Assembly: GCA_902384455.1 (NCBI GenBank)
Contig: CABMCB010000071.1
Coordinates: 59,774 to 123,773 of the forward strand
DNA: 64,000 nucleotides
Origin: an uncultured archaeon
Lineage (GTDB): Archaea; Altiarchaeota; Altiarchaeia; IMC4; SCGC-AAA252-I15
Direction of reading: 5' to 3'
Program-made: the position numbers and the translations under genes
Shown here: one piece after another, positions 37,414-46,700 of the stretch
Numbering within the stretch: the first letter of the stretch is position 1
Layout: each line of letters opens with the position of its first letter
The notes under the pieces: model-generated
The model's database searches: none
Told to the model about the DNA's origin: nothing
The model's input: only the letters and a program-made list of their open reading frames with translations

Positions 37414-38126
37414 TTTCTTGTTTCCTCCTTTGTTTTTTCGGCCGCTGCTTTGTGTATCAGGCCGTCTTGTATCTGTATTATGTGGTTTGATGTTTTGGCT
37501 ATGCCTGGGTCGTGGGTTACAACTACAAGCGTCTTATTCTCCTCTTTGTGGAGTCTGACGAGGAGTTCCATAATCTTTTTTCCTGTTTGGGTGTCGAGGT
37601 TTCCGGTGGGTTCGTCTGCCATGATAATCTTAGGGTTGTTGGCAAGCGACCGCGCCACAGCGACACGCTGCTGCTGTCCCCCGGACATTTCAGTTGGTTT
37701 GTTGTTCGTCTTATCCTCAAGACCCACAAGAGAAAGGAGTTCATCAGCCCTTTTTTTCCTTTCTGCGGCTGGAGTGCCCTCAAAGCGCATGGGTAACTCA
37801 ACGTTTTCGAAGGCCGTCATGTTGGGTATGAGGTTGAACTGCTGGAAGACGAAGCCCAGTTTTTCCCTCCTAAGTTTAGCCTTCTGGTTGCCATTTAATC
37901 CGCTTATTCCGACGCCTTCGATGTAGACTTCGCCTGACGTGGGAGAATCAAGACAACTTATGAGGTTTAGGAGGGTGGATTTGCCGGAACCCGACGGACC
38001 CATAATGCTTACGAAACTGCCGTCCGCTATGGTGAGGTTTATCCCCTTCAAAGCCACGAACTCGTTCTGCTGGCCTACATTGTATGTCTTCACCAAATCC
38101 TTGCAGGTTATTTCTCCGTCATTCAT
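37410..38126 (-). CDS. ABC transporter ATP-binding protein, MacB/LolD family
   Basis: Walker A 'GPSGSGKSTLLN', signature 'MSGGQQQRVAVARSL' and Walker B 'IIMADEPTGNLD'. 238 aa. Confidence 0.88.
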   Translation of the reverse strand: MNDGEITCKDLVKTYNVGQQNEFVALKGINLTIADGSFVSIMGPSGSGKSTLLNLISCLDSPTSGEVYIEGVGISGLNGNQKAKLRREKLGFVFQQFNLIPNMTAFENVELPMRFEGTPAAERKKRADELLSLVGLEDKTNNKPTEMSGGQQQRVAVARSLANNPKIIMADEPTGNLDTQTGKKIMELLVRLHKEENKTLVVVTHDPGIAKTSNHIIQIQDGLIHKAAAEKTKEETRK

Positions 38127-39303
38127 AGCGCAACACCCGTATAGGATCGAGCTGTGAGGCGCTCCACGCGGGATATAAGCCTGCTCCCATGCCCAGGAAT
38201 ATGGAGAAACCTAAGCCGATTGCCATAAGTTGCGGCGTCATTATGGGCGTGAAGGAGGTGTACTGCGGGACTATTCCTACGGCTAAGTAACCCAGCGACA
38301 GGCCTACTGCGCCGCCCATAAGGCTCATTATGGCGCTTTCCTGGAGGACCTGTTTGAGTATCATGCCTGTTGTCGCGCCTATGGCCTTCATTACGCCTAT
38401 TTCCCGTCTGCGTTCCATCACCGACATTATCATGGTGTTCATGACTCCGAGTCCGCCGACGATTACCGATACTGCCCCGATTCCATATACTGCGAGTTGG
38501 ACGGTTTGGAGAGAGGACTCTATCTGGCGCACCATTGTTATCATTGAGCTGGCTCTTACGCCGTCGACTTGGTCGTTTATCTCCTGAGTAGTGTTTTCCA
38601 CAGTGGATACGTCGTTTAGTTTCACCTTCAAAGACTCTATCCTATCGTCGTTTTCTATCTCCTGCATCGTCTTCAAAGGCACGTAAGCTGCTCCGTCTAT
38701 GCTGGAATCTCCAGTCTGCTCTAGTATCCCGATGACTGAGAAATAATAGCTTTCTACGGTCGAAGTCCCGTTTACCCTTTGCTGGTACTCAATCTCGTCT
38801 CCCACATTCAGGTTCTGATCCTGGGCGGCCGTATAACCCAAGAGGACTACCGTCTGGCCGTCGTCTGTAGACTCCAGTTTTCGGCCTTCGGTGGCTTCTA
38901 TGGTGTCGCCTATCATGTAGTCTTGGTCGTCTGGGTTGATGGCGGTGAAAGTCACTGAATTCGAGCCGCCACTCCTCCCGAAATTAAGGGGGCCTCCGAA
39001 GTCTCCTCCTCTGCTGAAGCTTCTTGTGATGCGGTATGTGCCTATGGGTATGACGCTTGAGACTTCGGGCATACTCGCTATCTGGTCTATGCTGTCCTGC
39101 GTTATTCCTGTTTGAGTGTCAGAGGAGTCCCTGACGTCGATGACCGCCGCGACATCTCCGAATCGCGCGTTCATCTGCTCGTTAAGCCCTTCGCCGATGG
39201 AGCCAAGCGCAAGAATAAGGCCTATGCCCATGGCTATTCCGGCTATTGTTAAGGCGCTTCTAATCTTCTGTCTGAAGACGTTTTTTACCGCTATGTCCAG
39301 CAT
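38119..39303 (-). CDS. ABC transporter permease, FtsX/MacB type, with a large extracytoplasmic domain
   Basis: N-terminal TM, about 220-aa external domain, then a C-terminal 3-TM FtsX-like bundle ('VMKAIGATTGMILKQVLQESAIM…'). It overlaps the ATPase gene by 8 nt. Confidence 0.8.
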   Translation of the reverse strand: MLDIAVKNVFRQKIRSALTIAGIAMGIGLILALGSIGEGLNEQMNARFGDVAAVIDVRDSSDTQTGITQDSIDQIASMPEVSSVIPIGTYRITRSFSRGGDFGGPLNFGRSGGSNSVTFTAINPDDQDYMIGDTIEATEGRKLESTDDGQTVVLLGYTAAQDQNLNVGDEIEYQQRVNGTSTVESYYFSVIGILEQTGDSSIDGAAYVPLKTMQEIENDDRIESLKVKLNDVSTVENTTQEINDQVDGVRASSMITMVRQIESSLQTVQLAVYGIGAVSVIVGGLGVMNTMIMSVMERRREIGVMKAIGATTGMILKQVLQESAIMSLMGGAVGLSLGYLAVGIVPQYTSFTPIMTPQLMAIGLGFSIFLGMGAGLYPAWSASQLDPIRVLRYE

Positions 39304-39304
39304 T

Positions 39305-40999
39305 TTAGTGTTTCTTCTTGGCTTTCAGCTTCCTATACCCCAGGTAAGCTAGGGCGAGGACTATCGCTATGGCTGCGTATGTGGTCATGCTGGTTCCGCC
39401 GCCGTTTAAGTTACCTCGCAAACCTGAGAACGTGCTTCCTCCGCTTGAACCCAAAGTTATCCTCTCGGTTTGAGTGACCCTCTGGTTGTTGAGGCCTGTG
39501 TACTCCAACTCTAATGTTGCGGGGCCTGTGGCGGTAGTAGAGAACGTGAACGTCGTCTGTTTGCTCGGCTTTATGTCGGATTTGTATGATATGATGCGTT
39601 GGTCCGTCTGCAGCTGGCTGCCGGTAATATTCCTTCTGAAACCTGCATTTTGGTTGTCGCTGCCGTTTTGGACTTGGGCGCCTTGGTCTGGACTTCCGGT
39701 TTGGTTTCGCTGGAATCTGCCGCCTTGGAAGCCGCTTGTGTCGTTTGAGACGCCGGATACTATAAGCGTCGCCTTGATTCCGTCCGCTTCTCTTGTGCCT
39801 ATGTTGGCGACGTCAATGCTTATGCTTCCGCTTGAGGACCTCACAGCCATTACTTCCAGCACTATTCTGCCTGCTACGTCGAGCCCTATGTCTTTGGTGA
39901 CGTTGTATGTTGTGCCTCCTACTTTGTATGTGATAATCAACGGTATTGTGTAACTTGTCGTGGAGGCGCTCCATCCTACAGCCACCTTAAAGTTGGCGTC
40001 AACTGTTCCTTGGGATGGGACATTTTGGAAGTAACTTTCTGTTGTGGTGACAGGCGAGAATGGGTCGGTGAGGTCTAGGTTCAACGTCACGTCGTCTGCG
40101 TTGGCGCTGCCGACGTTTTTAAGGCTTATCTTCATCTCCGTTTCCTCTCCTGGACCGGTCGGGGTGGTGCTTATGCTAACTACCTTAAAGTCTACTCCCG
40201 CGTCCTCAATGTTTAGGCCTATTGAGGCGTTGTCTGAGGCTTTGCTTCCTGAGGCGTCTGTGTAGGAGAGGCGTATTGATGTGGTGCATGCGCCTGATGT
40301 TGAGGGTTTTATGGGGTATGTTAAAGTGAATTTCTGGTTTGATGCTACGTCTCCGACGTATTTGCTTGATGAGCCCATTATTGTGGCGCAGCTTGAGGAT
40401 AGTGTTACTGTCAGGTCTTTTACGGCGTCTTTTGTTGTGCCTTCAAGGACTAGGTTGTCGAGGGTGTCTCGGTAGTAAGTTGTTTTTGTGGGGTTTATCT
40501 GGAATAGGGGGTTGCCCAGTATGTTGAGCGGTATCTCCCATGTTGTGAACGCGTTGTTGTCTTTAGAGCCGTCTGACTTGTAGCCGTTGTATGTTATCAG
40601 CACCTGTATGGCGGTTAGCCCTGTTTTTGCGGTTGGGTTGATTGTGAATATCACTGGCATGGCTTTTGAGTCTCCTGGGTCCATGCCTCCTATGTAGTAT
40701 GTTTTGTCTGTGGTGACTGTTGCTGTGCTGGAAAGCAGCACTTGGACGTTATCTGCGCTCTGTCCGCCGGTGTTTTTTATGACTAAATTAAGGATTCCGC
40801 CGTCTCCAGGCCGCAGGTTGGAGTCTACTGAGGTGGTTGTGAAGTCTACGACCATGTTTGTCGCTGCGGTGTTTGTGGATGAGGCTGTGCTTGTTGAGCC
40901 TACTGTGGCGGCGTTGGCCGTTATGCTGAGTAATCCTATTATGGTTAATGCTATTAGCAGTGTTTTTCCGTAGTATCTGTGATTTTGCTTTTCTATCAT
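39305..40999 (-). CDS. Cell-surface protein with repeated CARDB/COG1361-like domains and a C-terminal TM anchor
   Basis: Signal peptide, then multiple 'LxLxIKNxGxxxAxNVxV'-type beta-sandwich repeats ('GGILNLVIKNTGGQSADNVQVLL', 'MKISLKNVGSANADDVTLNL'). C-terminal 'TTYAAIAIVLALAYLGYRKLKAKKKH'. Confidence 0.7.
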   Translation of the reverse strand: MIEKQNHRYYGKTLLIALTIIGLLSITANAATVGSTSTASSTNTAATNMVVDFTTTSVDSNLRPGDGGILNLVIKNTGGQSADNVQVLLSSTATVTTDKTYYIGGMDPGDSKAMPVIFTINPTAKTGLTAIQVLITYNGYKSDGSKDNNAFTTWEIPLNILGNPLFQINPTKTTYYRDTLDNLVLEGTTKDAVKDLTVTLSSSCATIMGSSSKYVGDVASNQKFTLTYPIKPSTSGACTTSIRLSYTDASGSKASDNASIGLNIEDAGVDFKVVSISTTPTGPGEETEMKISLKNVGSANADDVTLNLDLTDPFSPVTTTESYFQNVPSQGTVDANFKVAVGWSASTTSYTIPLIITYKVGGTTYNVTKDIGLDVAGRIVLEVMAVRSSSGSISIDVANIGTREADGIKATLIVSGVSNDTSGFQGGRFQRNQTGSPDQGAQVQNGSDNQNAGFRRNITGSQLQTDQRIISYKSDIKPSKQTTFTFSTTATGPATLELEYTGLNNQRVTQTERITLGSSGGSTFSGLRGNLNGGGTSMTTYAAIAIVLALAYLGYRKLKAKKKH

Positions 41000-41110
41000 T
41001 TGTTATCAACTCCATTATTTTTTATAGGTGCTTTTCCTATCATTAGCAGAAACAGTATAAAAGCTGATCGTGTAACAAACTGAAACAAGTAACAAACTGA
41101 AACAAACTCT

Positions 41111-41734
41111 ATGGAAAGCAATCTCAAATATACGGTTGTGATGGTTTTGGCCTTTATGCTTAGCGGATTCATGCTTAGCACATATGTTTTTTCGGCTTAC
41201 TCAATGCTTTGGGATAGTCGTGAACCCCCTCACGACCTGCCGTTTAGCAATCCTAACAATACGGTGAATCTCTCTAACGCGGCAGAAAATCTTACTTTTC
41301 CAAACCACGAGACTTCGCAAGTTAGGCCCACTAGAGAATTGCCCGAGATACCGCCGTTCATACCGCGAAGGACTATGATGAGGGGGAGTACTAGCCTAAT
41401 TGAACTTTTGTTGTCGCCATTCATGATGTTCCTTCTCATAGGCGGGTTGATTTCGCTGTCAAGCGCCATAGCCATACGAACGCTCACGCATAAGAAAGCC
41501 ATAAAGAAGCTGAAGGACGACTTAACTGAGCTGTACCTCACCGACGAAGAGAAAAAGGTGGTGACTGTACTGCAATCAGCATCATCCGAGATGACTCAAA
41601 AAGAGTTGACGGACCGGATGGGATATTCGCGCGTCAAAACCCACAGAGTGCTTCAGAGGCTAGAGTCAAAAAAAATTATCCGGAAAATACCCAACGGCCA
41701 AACGCATAAGATACTTCTTGAGGACAAGGTATAG
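41111..41734 (+). CDS. Membrane-anchored winged-helix transcriptional regulator
   Basis: Two TM segments (residues ~8-30, ~118-140), then a C-terminal wHTH 'MTQKELTDRMGYSRVKTHRVLQRLESKKIIRKIP'. It is divergent from the surface/ABC module. Confidence 0.55.
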   Translation: MESNLKYTVVMVLAFMLSGFMLSTYVFSAYSMLWDSREPPHDLPFSNPNNTVNLSNAAENLTFPNHETSQVRPTRELPEIPPFIPRRTMMRGSTSLIELLLSPFMMFLLIGGLISLSSAIAIRTLTHKKAIKKLKDDLTELYLTDEEKKVVTVLQSASSEMTQKELTDRMGYSRVKTHRVLQRLESKKIIRKIPNGQTHKILLEDKV

Positions 41735-42165
41735 TTCTGCTTGCGTCGGTTCTGTCTGGTTTAGATTGCTCTGCGCGTAACTATTTTGGCATTTTTACGC
41801 CTTCCGTGTATTACTTTTGGTTGAGTAGGTCTTGTTTTCTTTTGTCTTTGATGTTTGAACCAACTGGTTTTTAAGCGGGTTCGAGCGGTGAACCAAAAGG
41901 GGTTTTAAATGAGGCGAAAATATTCAAGTGCTAGAAGGATGTGCGCCTTTTGGCAATCGATAAAGGAGGTGTATGTCATGCACGGAAGAATGGAGATGAA
42001 CCGGAGAATCAATAGGATAATGGAGGAAATCCGGAAGGAAACTGAGAGACCAGTCGTCAACCAGGTCCGAATAAAGGAGCTTTTATGGCGGATTCAAGTC
42101 CTTCGTAGGGATGCTCGTATGACGCAGTGGAAGACGAGTGGGGTGGGCGGATAAATGGTGATGTA

Positions 42166-42260
42166 GGGGCGCGGTTTTACGTCCCGTAGAGAGGGGTGCT
42201 TCGGACCGGTAAAAGTCCGACAATTCTCTGCGGGAGCCGCGTTCCCGGCCCTAGCCTTTT
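42166..42260 (+). ncRNA. Candidate small structured RNA or terminator element in a 560-bp intergenic region
   Basis: GC-rich island. A 9-bp outer stem (cccgtagag/ctctgcggg, 42183-42234) encloses a 6-bp hairpin tcggac-cggtaaaa-gtccga and a C(UUCG)G motif. It is followed by 'cctttt'. Strand is uncertain. Confidence 0.25.
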
Positions 42261-42297
42261 ATGCCGCAATGTTTTAGACGTTTAATGTGATACTCCC

Positions 42298-42699
42298 ATG
42301 ATAAGGCCGGTTTACTATACTGTATTGAGCATCGTATTGTTGTCTACCCTAGCATTCATCCCCTGCCTAGTTGCGGCAGATGCGCCGCCCCGTGAAGGGG
42401 CGGGTGCCGCTTACCGCCCGTTCCCCCTTATTCCCTTCCTAAGTTTGGTCGCGCTCGTTCAGATAGGCGTGGGCGGCTTAGCATTCATCCTTTTTTTAAT
42501 ATCCCTCCTAGCCTACAAGCGAGATCGCAGAACCAAGTTCCTGGCAGTATCCATATCTTTCCTCCTCTTCACTTTGAAGGGAGTGTTAAGTTTGTGCGGC
42601 CTTATGAATCCGGTGGATTCGCTTTTCATGATACCTTTCTCGGATTCGTTTGACTTCCTTATCCTGCTTCTGCTGTTTATTGCAGTCCTAAAGGATTGA
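42298..42699 (+). CDS. Small integral membrane protein (3-4 TM)
   Basis: 133-aa hydrophobic ORF. Its stop overlaps the start of the downstream regulator gene (ATGA). Confidence 0.45.
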   Translation: MIRPVYYTVLSIVLLSTLAFIPCLVAADAPPREGAGAAYRPFPLIPFLSLVALVQIGVGGLAFILFLISLLAYKRDRRTKFLAVSISFLLFTLKGVLSLCGLMNPVDSLFMIPFSDSFDFLILLLLFIAVLKD

Positions 42700-43253
42700 A
42701 TATGCTACGACTCCCTAAAGATGAAGTTCTCGAGTTAGACGTCCGAAGGAAGATTTATGAGGAGATAGTAAAGTCTCCGGGACTGCATGTAAGGGAGCTC
42801 CAAAGGAGGGTTAACATAGCTTACGGAGCATTACAATACCACCTGTCATTTCTTGTGAAACACAACCTTGTGGCAGAGGAAAAAGGCGTAGAATACTCCC
42901 GTTTTTTCCCTACAGAATTCAAGTCAATTCGAGAGCGTGAACTCATGTCTTTGTTGCGGCAGGAGAGCATTAGACGCATCCTTTTGCACCTGCTTAATAC
43001 TCCTGCGGCCAGAAACAAGGAGTTGGCGGAAGGGGTTGGTTTGTCTCCTTCAACAGTCTCTTGGCACATAAGCAAGTTGACGGAAGTGGGGGCTGTAGTG
43101 CAGGAAAATAAGGGCGGTGACGTTCTTTTCAGAGTCAGCGAGCCGGAGGTCGTAACGCGTCTCCTTGTCACGTACAAATCCAGCTTCTTAGACACTATAG
43201 TCGATCGGTTCGTCGAAGTTTGGGAGAAGGAAAACATTAAGACGGCAAAGTAA
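42696..43253 (+). CDS. Transcriptional regulator with two tandem ArsR/TrmB-like wHTH domains
   Basis: 'DVRRKIYEEIVKSPGLHVRELQRRVNIAYGALQYHLSFLVKHNLV' and 'IRRILLHLLNTPAARNKELAEGVGLSPSTVSWHISKLTEVGAV'. Confidence 0.65.
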   Translation: MNMLRLPKDEVLELDVRRKIYEEIVKSPGLHVRELQRRVNIAYGALQYHLSFLVKHNLVAEEKGVEYSRFFPTEFKSIRERELMSLLRQESIRRILLHLLNTPAARNKELAEGVGLSPSTVSWHISKLTEVGAVVQENKGGDVLFRVSEPEVVTRLLVTYKSSFLDTIVDRFVEVWEKENIKTAK

Positions 43254-43310
43254 TTGTGCTTATTTAAGTCGCCTTTTATGCCTGCCGTCTTATTCTCTCA
43301 TAAGGGGGTT

Positions 43311-43727
43311 ATGATGGACAAGAAGATTGTTGTTGGCATAGTCGTGGTCTTAGTTGTGCTTGCGCTAGTCGGCGTTATTTTGGCCGTAGGCGGATTCTTT
43401 GTCGCCAAGGGCGCGTTAAACAGCGGCGACGAGTCCCCCGTAAAGCAGGTGACTACTTCATCCTCCATATACGCATCGTCCGGACAAGAAACAGGTGGAA
43501 CAGTAATAAGTTCCGGCGACACTACCGTCTCATCACTTCCTGCGGATGCCGGCACAGGTGATTCCGGAAGCCAAGCGACCTCCGACTCCACGTTGTGCGA
43601 AGACAAAGACCCGACTCACAGGTACGTTTCTCACAGCACCAGATACTGCGCCCAGACCCGGTGGACATGCCAATCCGACGAGAAGCCTTTCACCAACGTC
43701 TGCGGATGCGGGTGCAAGCCAAAATAA
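43311..43727 (+). CDS. Membrane-anchored extracellular protein with a C-terminal Cys cluster
   Basis: 'MMDKKIVVGIVVVLVVLALVGVILAV' signal anchor. C-terminus 'CEDKDPTHRYVSHSTRYCAQTRWTCQSDEKPFTNVCGCGCKPK'. The track ORF starts at a TTG; ATG 43311 is more plausible. Confidence 0.45.
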   Translation: MMDKKIVVGIVVVLVVLALVGVILAVGGFFVAKGALNSGDESPVKQVTTSSSIYASSGQETGGTVISSGDTTVSSLPADAGTGDSGSQATSDSTLCEDKDPTHRYVSHSTRYCAQTRWTCQSDEKPFTNVCGCGCKPK

Positions 43728-43739
43728 GAGGCAGTTACT

Positions 43740-44126
43740 ATGACTTTAGAAGTGTCTTTTCCGGGCGGCGTCAAGGTAAACGTCACCTACAAAGGTTTTA
43801 CCACAACAACAGACCAATCCAAAGCAGACGGCGGAGAAAACACGGCGCCAAACCCATTCGACCTGTTCTTAATATCCGTTGCGTCATGCGCCGGATACTT
43901 CGCGCTAACATACTGCACAAAAAGAAAACTGCCGACAGACGGCCTCAAGGTCAGTATGGAGCCGACATTTGACGGCGGCAGGAACGTGGTTTCAGTCGCA
44001 ATTAAGGTGACTCCCCCAAAGGATTTTCCCGAAGGACAGAAGGAGGCGTTGCTTCGCTCTGTTGCCGCATGCAAAGTAAAGAAGCATTTGGAGAACCCGC
44101 CGAAGTTCGAGGTAGAACTGGCCTAG
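43740..44126 (+). CDS. OsmC/Ohr-family peroxiredoxin-like protein
   Basis: 128 aa with the two conserved cysteines of the OsmC fold ('FLISVASCAGYFALTYC…' and 'AACKV'). Confidence 0.65.
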   Translation: MTLEVSFPGGVKVNVTYKGFTTTTDQSKADGGENTAPNPFDLFLISVASCAGYFALTYCTKRKLPTDGLKVSMEPTFDGGRNVVSVAIKVTPPKDFPEGQKEALLRSVAACKVKKHLENPPKFEVELA

Positions 44127-44133
44127 ACTCGCG

Positions 44134-45246
44134 TTAAGGAGTTATTAGTCCAGTGCATCTCCAGTTTATCTCCGTCTGCTGTGTCTCCTCGGATACGACG
44201 CACGCTGGGTTGCATCCTGACTTAGGCTGTTTAGGTTCGATGTCTACCCACCATGTTTTGCTGTTTGGGTTGTAGTAAGGCGTTCCTTTTGGCGTGCCGT
44301 CGCTTGCGCATTTGGCGCTGGCGATAGTCAATGCTTCGTCGGCTGTCATTGTAGAAGTTGATTCTGTCGGTTTGACGTCCTCCATCCTGTCGACGGTCCA
44401 GTTGGTGAGGGTGAGTTTGACTTGTTCGCCTTCTTTGGACAATGTTACAGCAAAGCAACCGGGGCATTTGTAGACGTCCACCTGGATGACTGTCAAGGCG
44501 TAGGATTTGCCTAAGTATGAGACTGCGGTTGACGCAGCCTTCTTCTGGCTTTCGTCTTTAATCTCCCAGCTTCTTGTGCACGCGCCGACTGCTTCATCGA
44601 AGCTGTACCCTGCCGGCCCAAGGCAGCCGTGCTCGTCTTTTTGGCCTCCTATCAATTGGGTGTCATTTTCGGGGCATTCTCCCGTAACATAGGAGTCTAT
44701 TTTGGCGCTGCATGCTCCGCAGCCGTTGCCGTACGTTTTTCCGTCGCTTCCGCAGACGGGGTTGTAATCCATGGTGCAGGCGATATTCTGCTTCTCAGAT
44801 TCAGTGCATGCGTGGGTTTCAGTTTCCTCCTGCCTGCATGTTGGCGGGCCTCTGCAGCCGCAATCGTCCACTTTGCCCTGTATCTTAGTTCCGTTTTGGC
44901 ACCAGCCTGGTGCGGGAGAAACAAGTTGCGGGCAAGGTCCGCAGTTCTTCTTGTCGACGGATGCTTCCTGCGTTTCTCCGCTACTTTTTGGTTCAGAGGC
45001 GTTTGTTGTTTTGCATGCGTACTCGCACGCGGATTTTTCGAGACTATACCTCCATCCGCCAGCGCAAGTTTCGTGAGGTTTGTCGATGTTCTGCCTGAGG
45101 CAGCATTCGTCGCGGCCGGTTGGACTTACTGTCCCGCAGCTTCCGCCGACAATAGGAGGCTGCCGGTTCATCTCAACCAGCCCCAAGATTCCTATCACAA
45201 CAACAAGCAAAAACAATCCTATCAAAATCTCCTTTACGGTGTTCAT
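44134..45246 (-). CDS. Secreted Cys-rich protein containing a Kazal-type inhibitor-like domain
   Basis: N-terminal TM/signal. '[35 protein letters not shown]' matches the Kazal pattern C-x-YxPVCG-[ST]-DG-x-TY-x-N-x-C…C. Many additional paired cysteines. The plus-strand 208-aa ORF is an antisense artefact. Confidence 0.6.
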   Translation of the reverse strand: MNTVKEILIGLFLLVVVIGILGLVEMNRQPPIVGGSCGTVSPTGRDECCLRQNIDKPHETCAGGWRYSLEKSACEYACKTTNASEPKSSGETQEASVDKKNCGPCPQLVSPAPGWCQNGTKIQGKVDDCGCRGPPTCRQEETETHACTESEKQNIACTMDYNPVCGSDGKTYGNGCGACSAKIDSYVTGECPENDTQLIGGQKDEHGCLGPAGYSFDEAVGACTRSWEIKDESQKKAASTAVSYLGKSYALTVIQVDVYKCPGCFAVTLSKEGEQVKLTLTNWTVDRMEDVKPTESTSTMTADEALTIASAKCASDGTPKGTPYYNPNSKTWWVDIEPKQPKSGCNPACVVSEETQQTEINWRCTGLITP

Positions 45247-45336
45247 TGTTCCTAATCCTCACTTAACGATGGGTGCAGGCGCATTTAAAAGCAGGCGATT
45301 AATTTCGGCGGCGGCCGAAAAATTATTCTGGGGGTT

Positions 45337-46386
45337 CTATACGTTTATGTTAAATGTTATTGTTGCGTTTTGTGTTTCGCCTGCTTTGCCTATTGTTAGT
45401 GTTGCTGGTCCTGACGCGTTTTTTGGCACTCCTGTCATCAGTAGGTATCCTCCGTTGCTCACGTCGGGGTAGACCTCTAATACGTCTATGGTGCTTGCGT
45501 AGTCTTTATTGTATTGTTTGTCTCCTATGGTGAGTGTGGCGTTGTAAGTGTATATTTGGTTTTGTTTTGCGTCTGTGGTTTTGGCTGTCAAGTCTATCCT
45601 ATAATACGTTTTTTCTTCGTCGCGCACGACTTTGCTGTAGAACCCGTGCCTTATGAGGTTTACTTGAACTGTGTTTACTGTCTTTTGAGCATCCGACTCC
45701 TTGGACGCATTCAAGTACTCTTTCTCAAGCAGGCGTTCGAGTTCATCGTTGGTGTACGCTGGAATTCCGATTACTGTGCCGTTGGCCAATAGCGTCCTGT
45801 CTTTGGTGGTGAAGTAGACGGTAATTTTTGCGGTCGGAGTCTTGCTTTTGCTTATTTTGGCCGTGTTCACTCTCCATTCTATTGCTTTCCCCATTTTTTG
45901 GCCGGTTAATGAAAATTGGTAGTCGACGAAGTCTTTTGTTTGGACTGTGAATTTGTCCGTGTAGAGGGTGTTTTGGGTGTTGTCTTTTATGAAGAAGTTT
46001 ATGTCTCCGTCTGCCGGGATTACGTTTCCGGTAGCGTCCTGAAGCTGTAAGTAGAAGCGGAAGAAGGCGCCGTCTTGAGCTCCTCCCAGCTGTTTTATTG
46101 AGGCGGCTTCTCCGTTTAAGCCGCCGTTTAATACGGTGGTTGAAGAGCCTGTCGAATCATTTTGCGGGATTCCAGTTTCACCTGCGCACTCGACAATGTC
46201 AGTCACTTTCATTCCGTTGGTGCATGTGAAGTTCTGTGTGGCTGCCGGCTCAGAATTGTTCCTAAACCCGCTCATCCACGCAAGCAGCTTAGGGGGGCCC
46301 ATAAACATGGCAATAATGAAAAGCGCGATCACAAGCAGCTGAATTAAACTAGTGATTTTTATCTTGCCGGATTTTCCCAAATCCAT
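45337..46386 (-). CDS. Hypothetical secreted/membrane-anchored protein
   Basis: 'MDLGKSGKIKITSLIQLLVIALFIIAMF' signal anchor, then an Asn/Thr-rich extracellular domain with N-glycosylation sequons. ATG 46386 is preferred over the 46431 start. Confidence 0.45.
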   Translation of the reverse strand: MDLGKSGKIKITSLIQLLVIALFIIAMFMGPPKLLAWMSGFRNNSEPAATQNFTCTNGMKVTDIVECAGETGIPQNDSTGSSTTVLNGGLNGEAASIKQLGGAQDGAFFRFYLQLQDATGNVIPADGDINFFIKDNTQNTLYTDKFTVQTKDFVDYQFSLTGQKMGKAIEWRVNTAKISKSKTPTAKITVYFTTKDRTLLANGTVIGIPAYTNDELERLLEKEYLNASKESDAQKTVNTVQVNLIRHGFYSKVVRDEEKTYYRIDLTAKTTDAKQNQIYTYNATLTIGDKQYNKDYASTIDVLEVYPDVSNGGYLLMTGVPKNASGPATLTIGKAGETQNATITFNINV

Positions 46387-46700
46387 ATTAAATATCCTCC
46401 GCCGCCTGATAAACGCTAGTCTGGACATCAAAACAATAAGCTGCTTTTACCTGCGACATCCTAATCCTACTCACCGTAATACACCCTACAATGAGCATCG
46501 AAGGCATAAGAAAAATCCAACCCATTACTCCGCCGGCCCGCCCCCGGAAAACTGGAGAAGGCGACAGTGAAGAAGACGCCGCCGAACGGCAGCTGCCAGA
46601 TCCAATGCCTCCGGAGAAAAGACGGAAAGCCCTCAGTAAAAAGAAAGGCTGGAAGACGGGGGAAGACCCCTACGCGTAAACCCTTCAATCCACTCAACAA

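Noticed and set aside
44629-45255. 208-aa plus-strand ORF opposite the Kazal-like gene
   Set aside because: The minus-strand product has a signal peptide and a near-perfect Kazal motif. The plus-strand translation is Ala/Phe-rich without features. Only one can be real.
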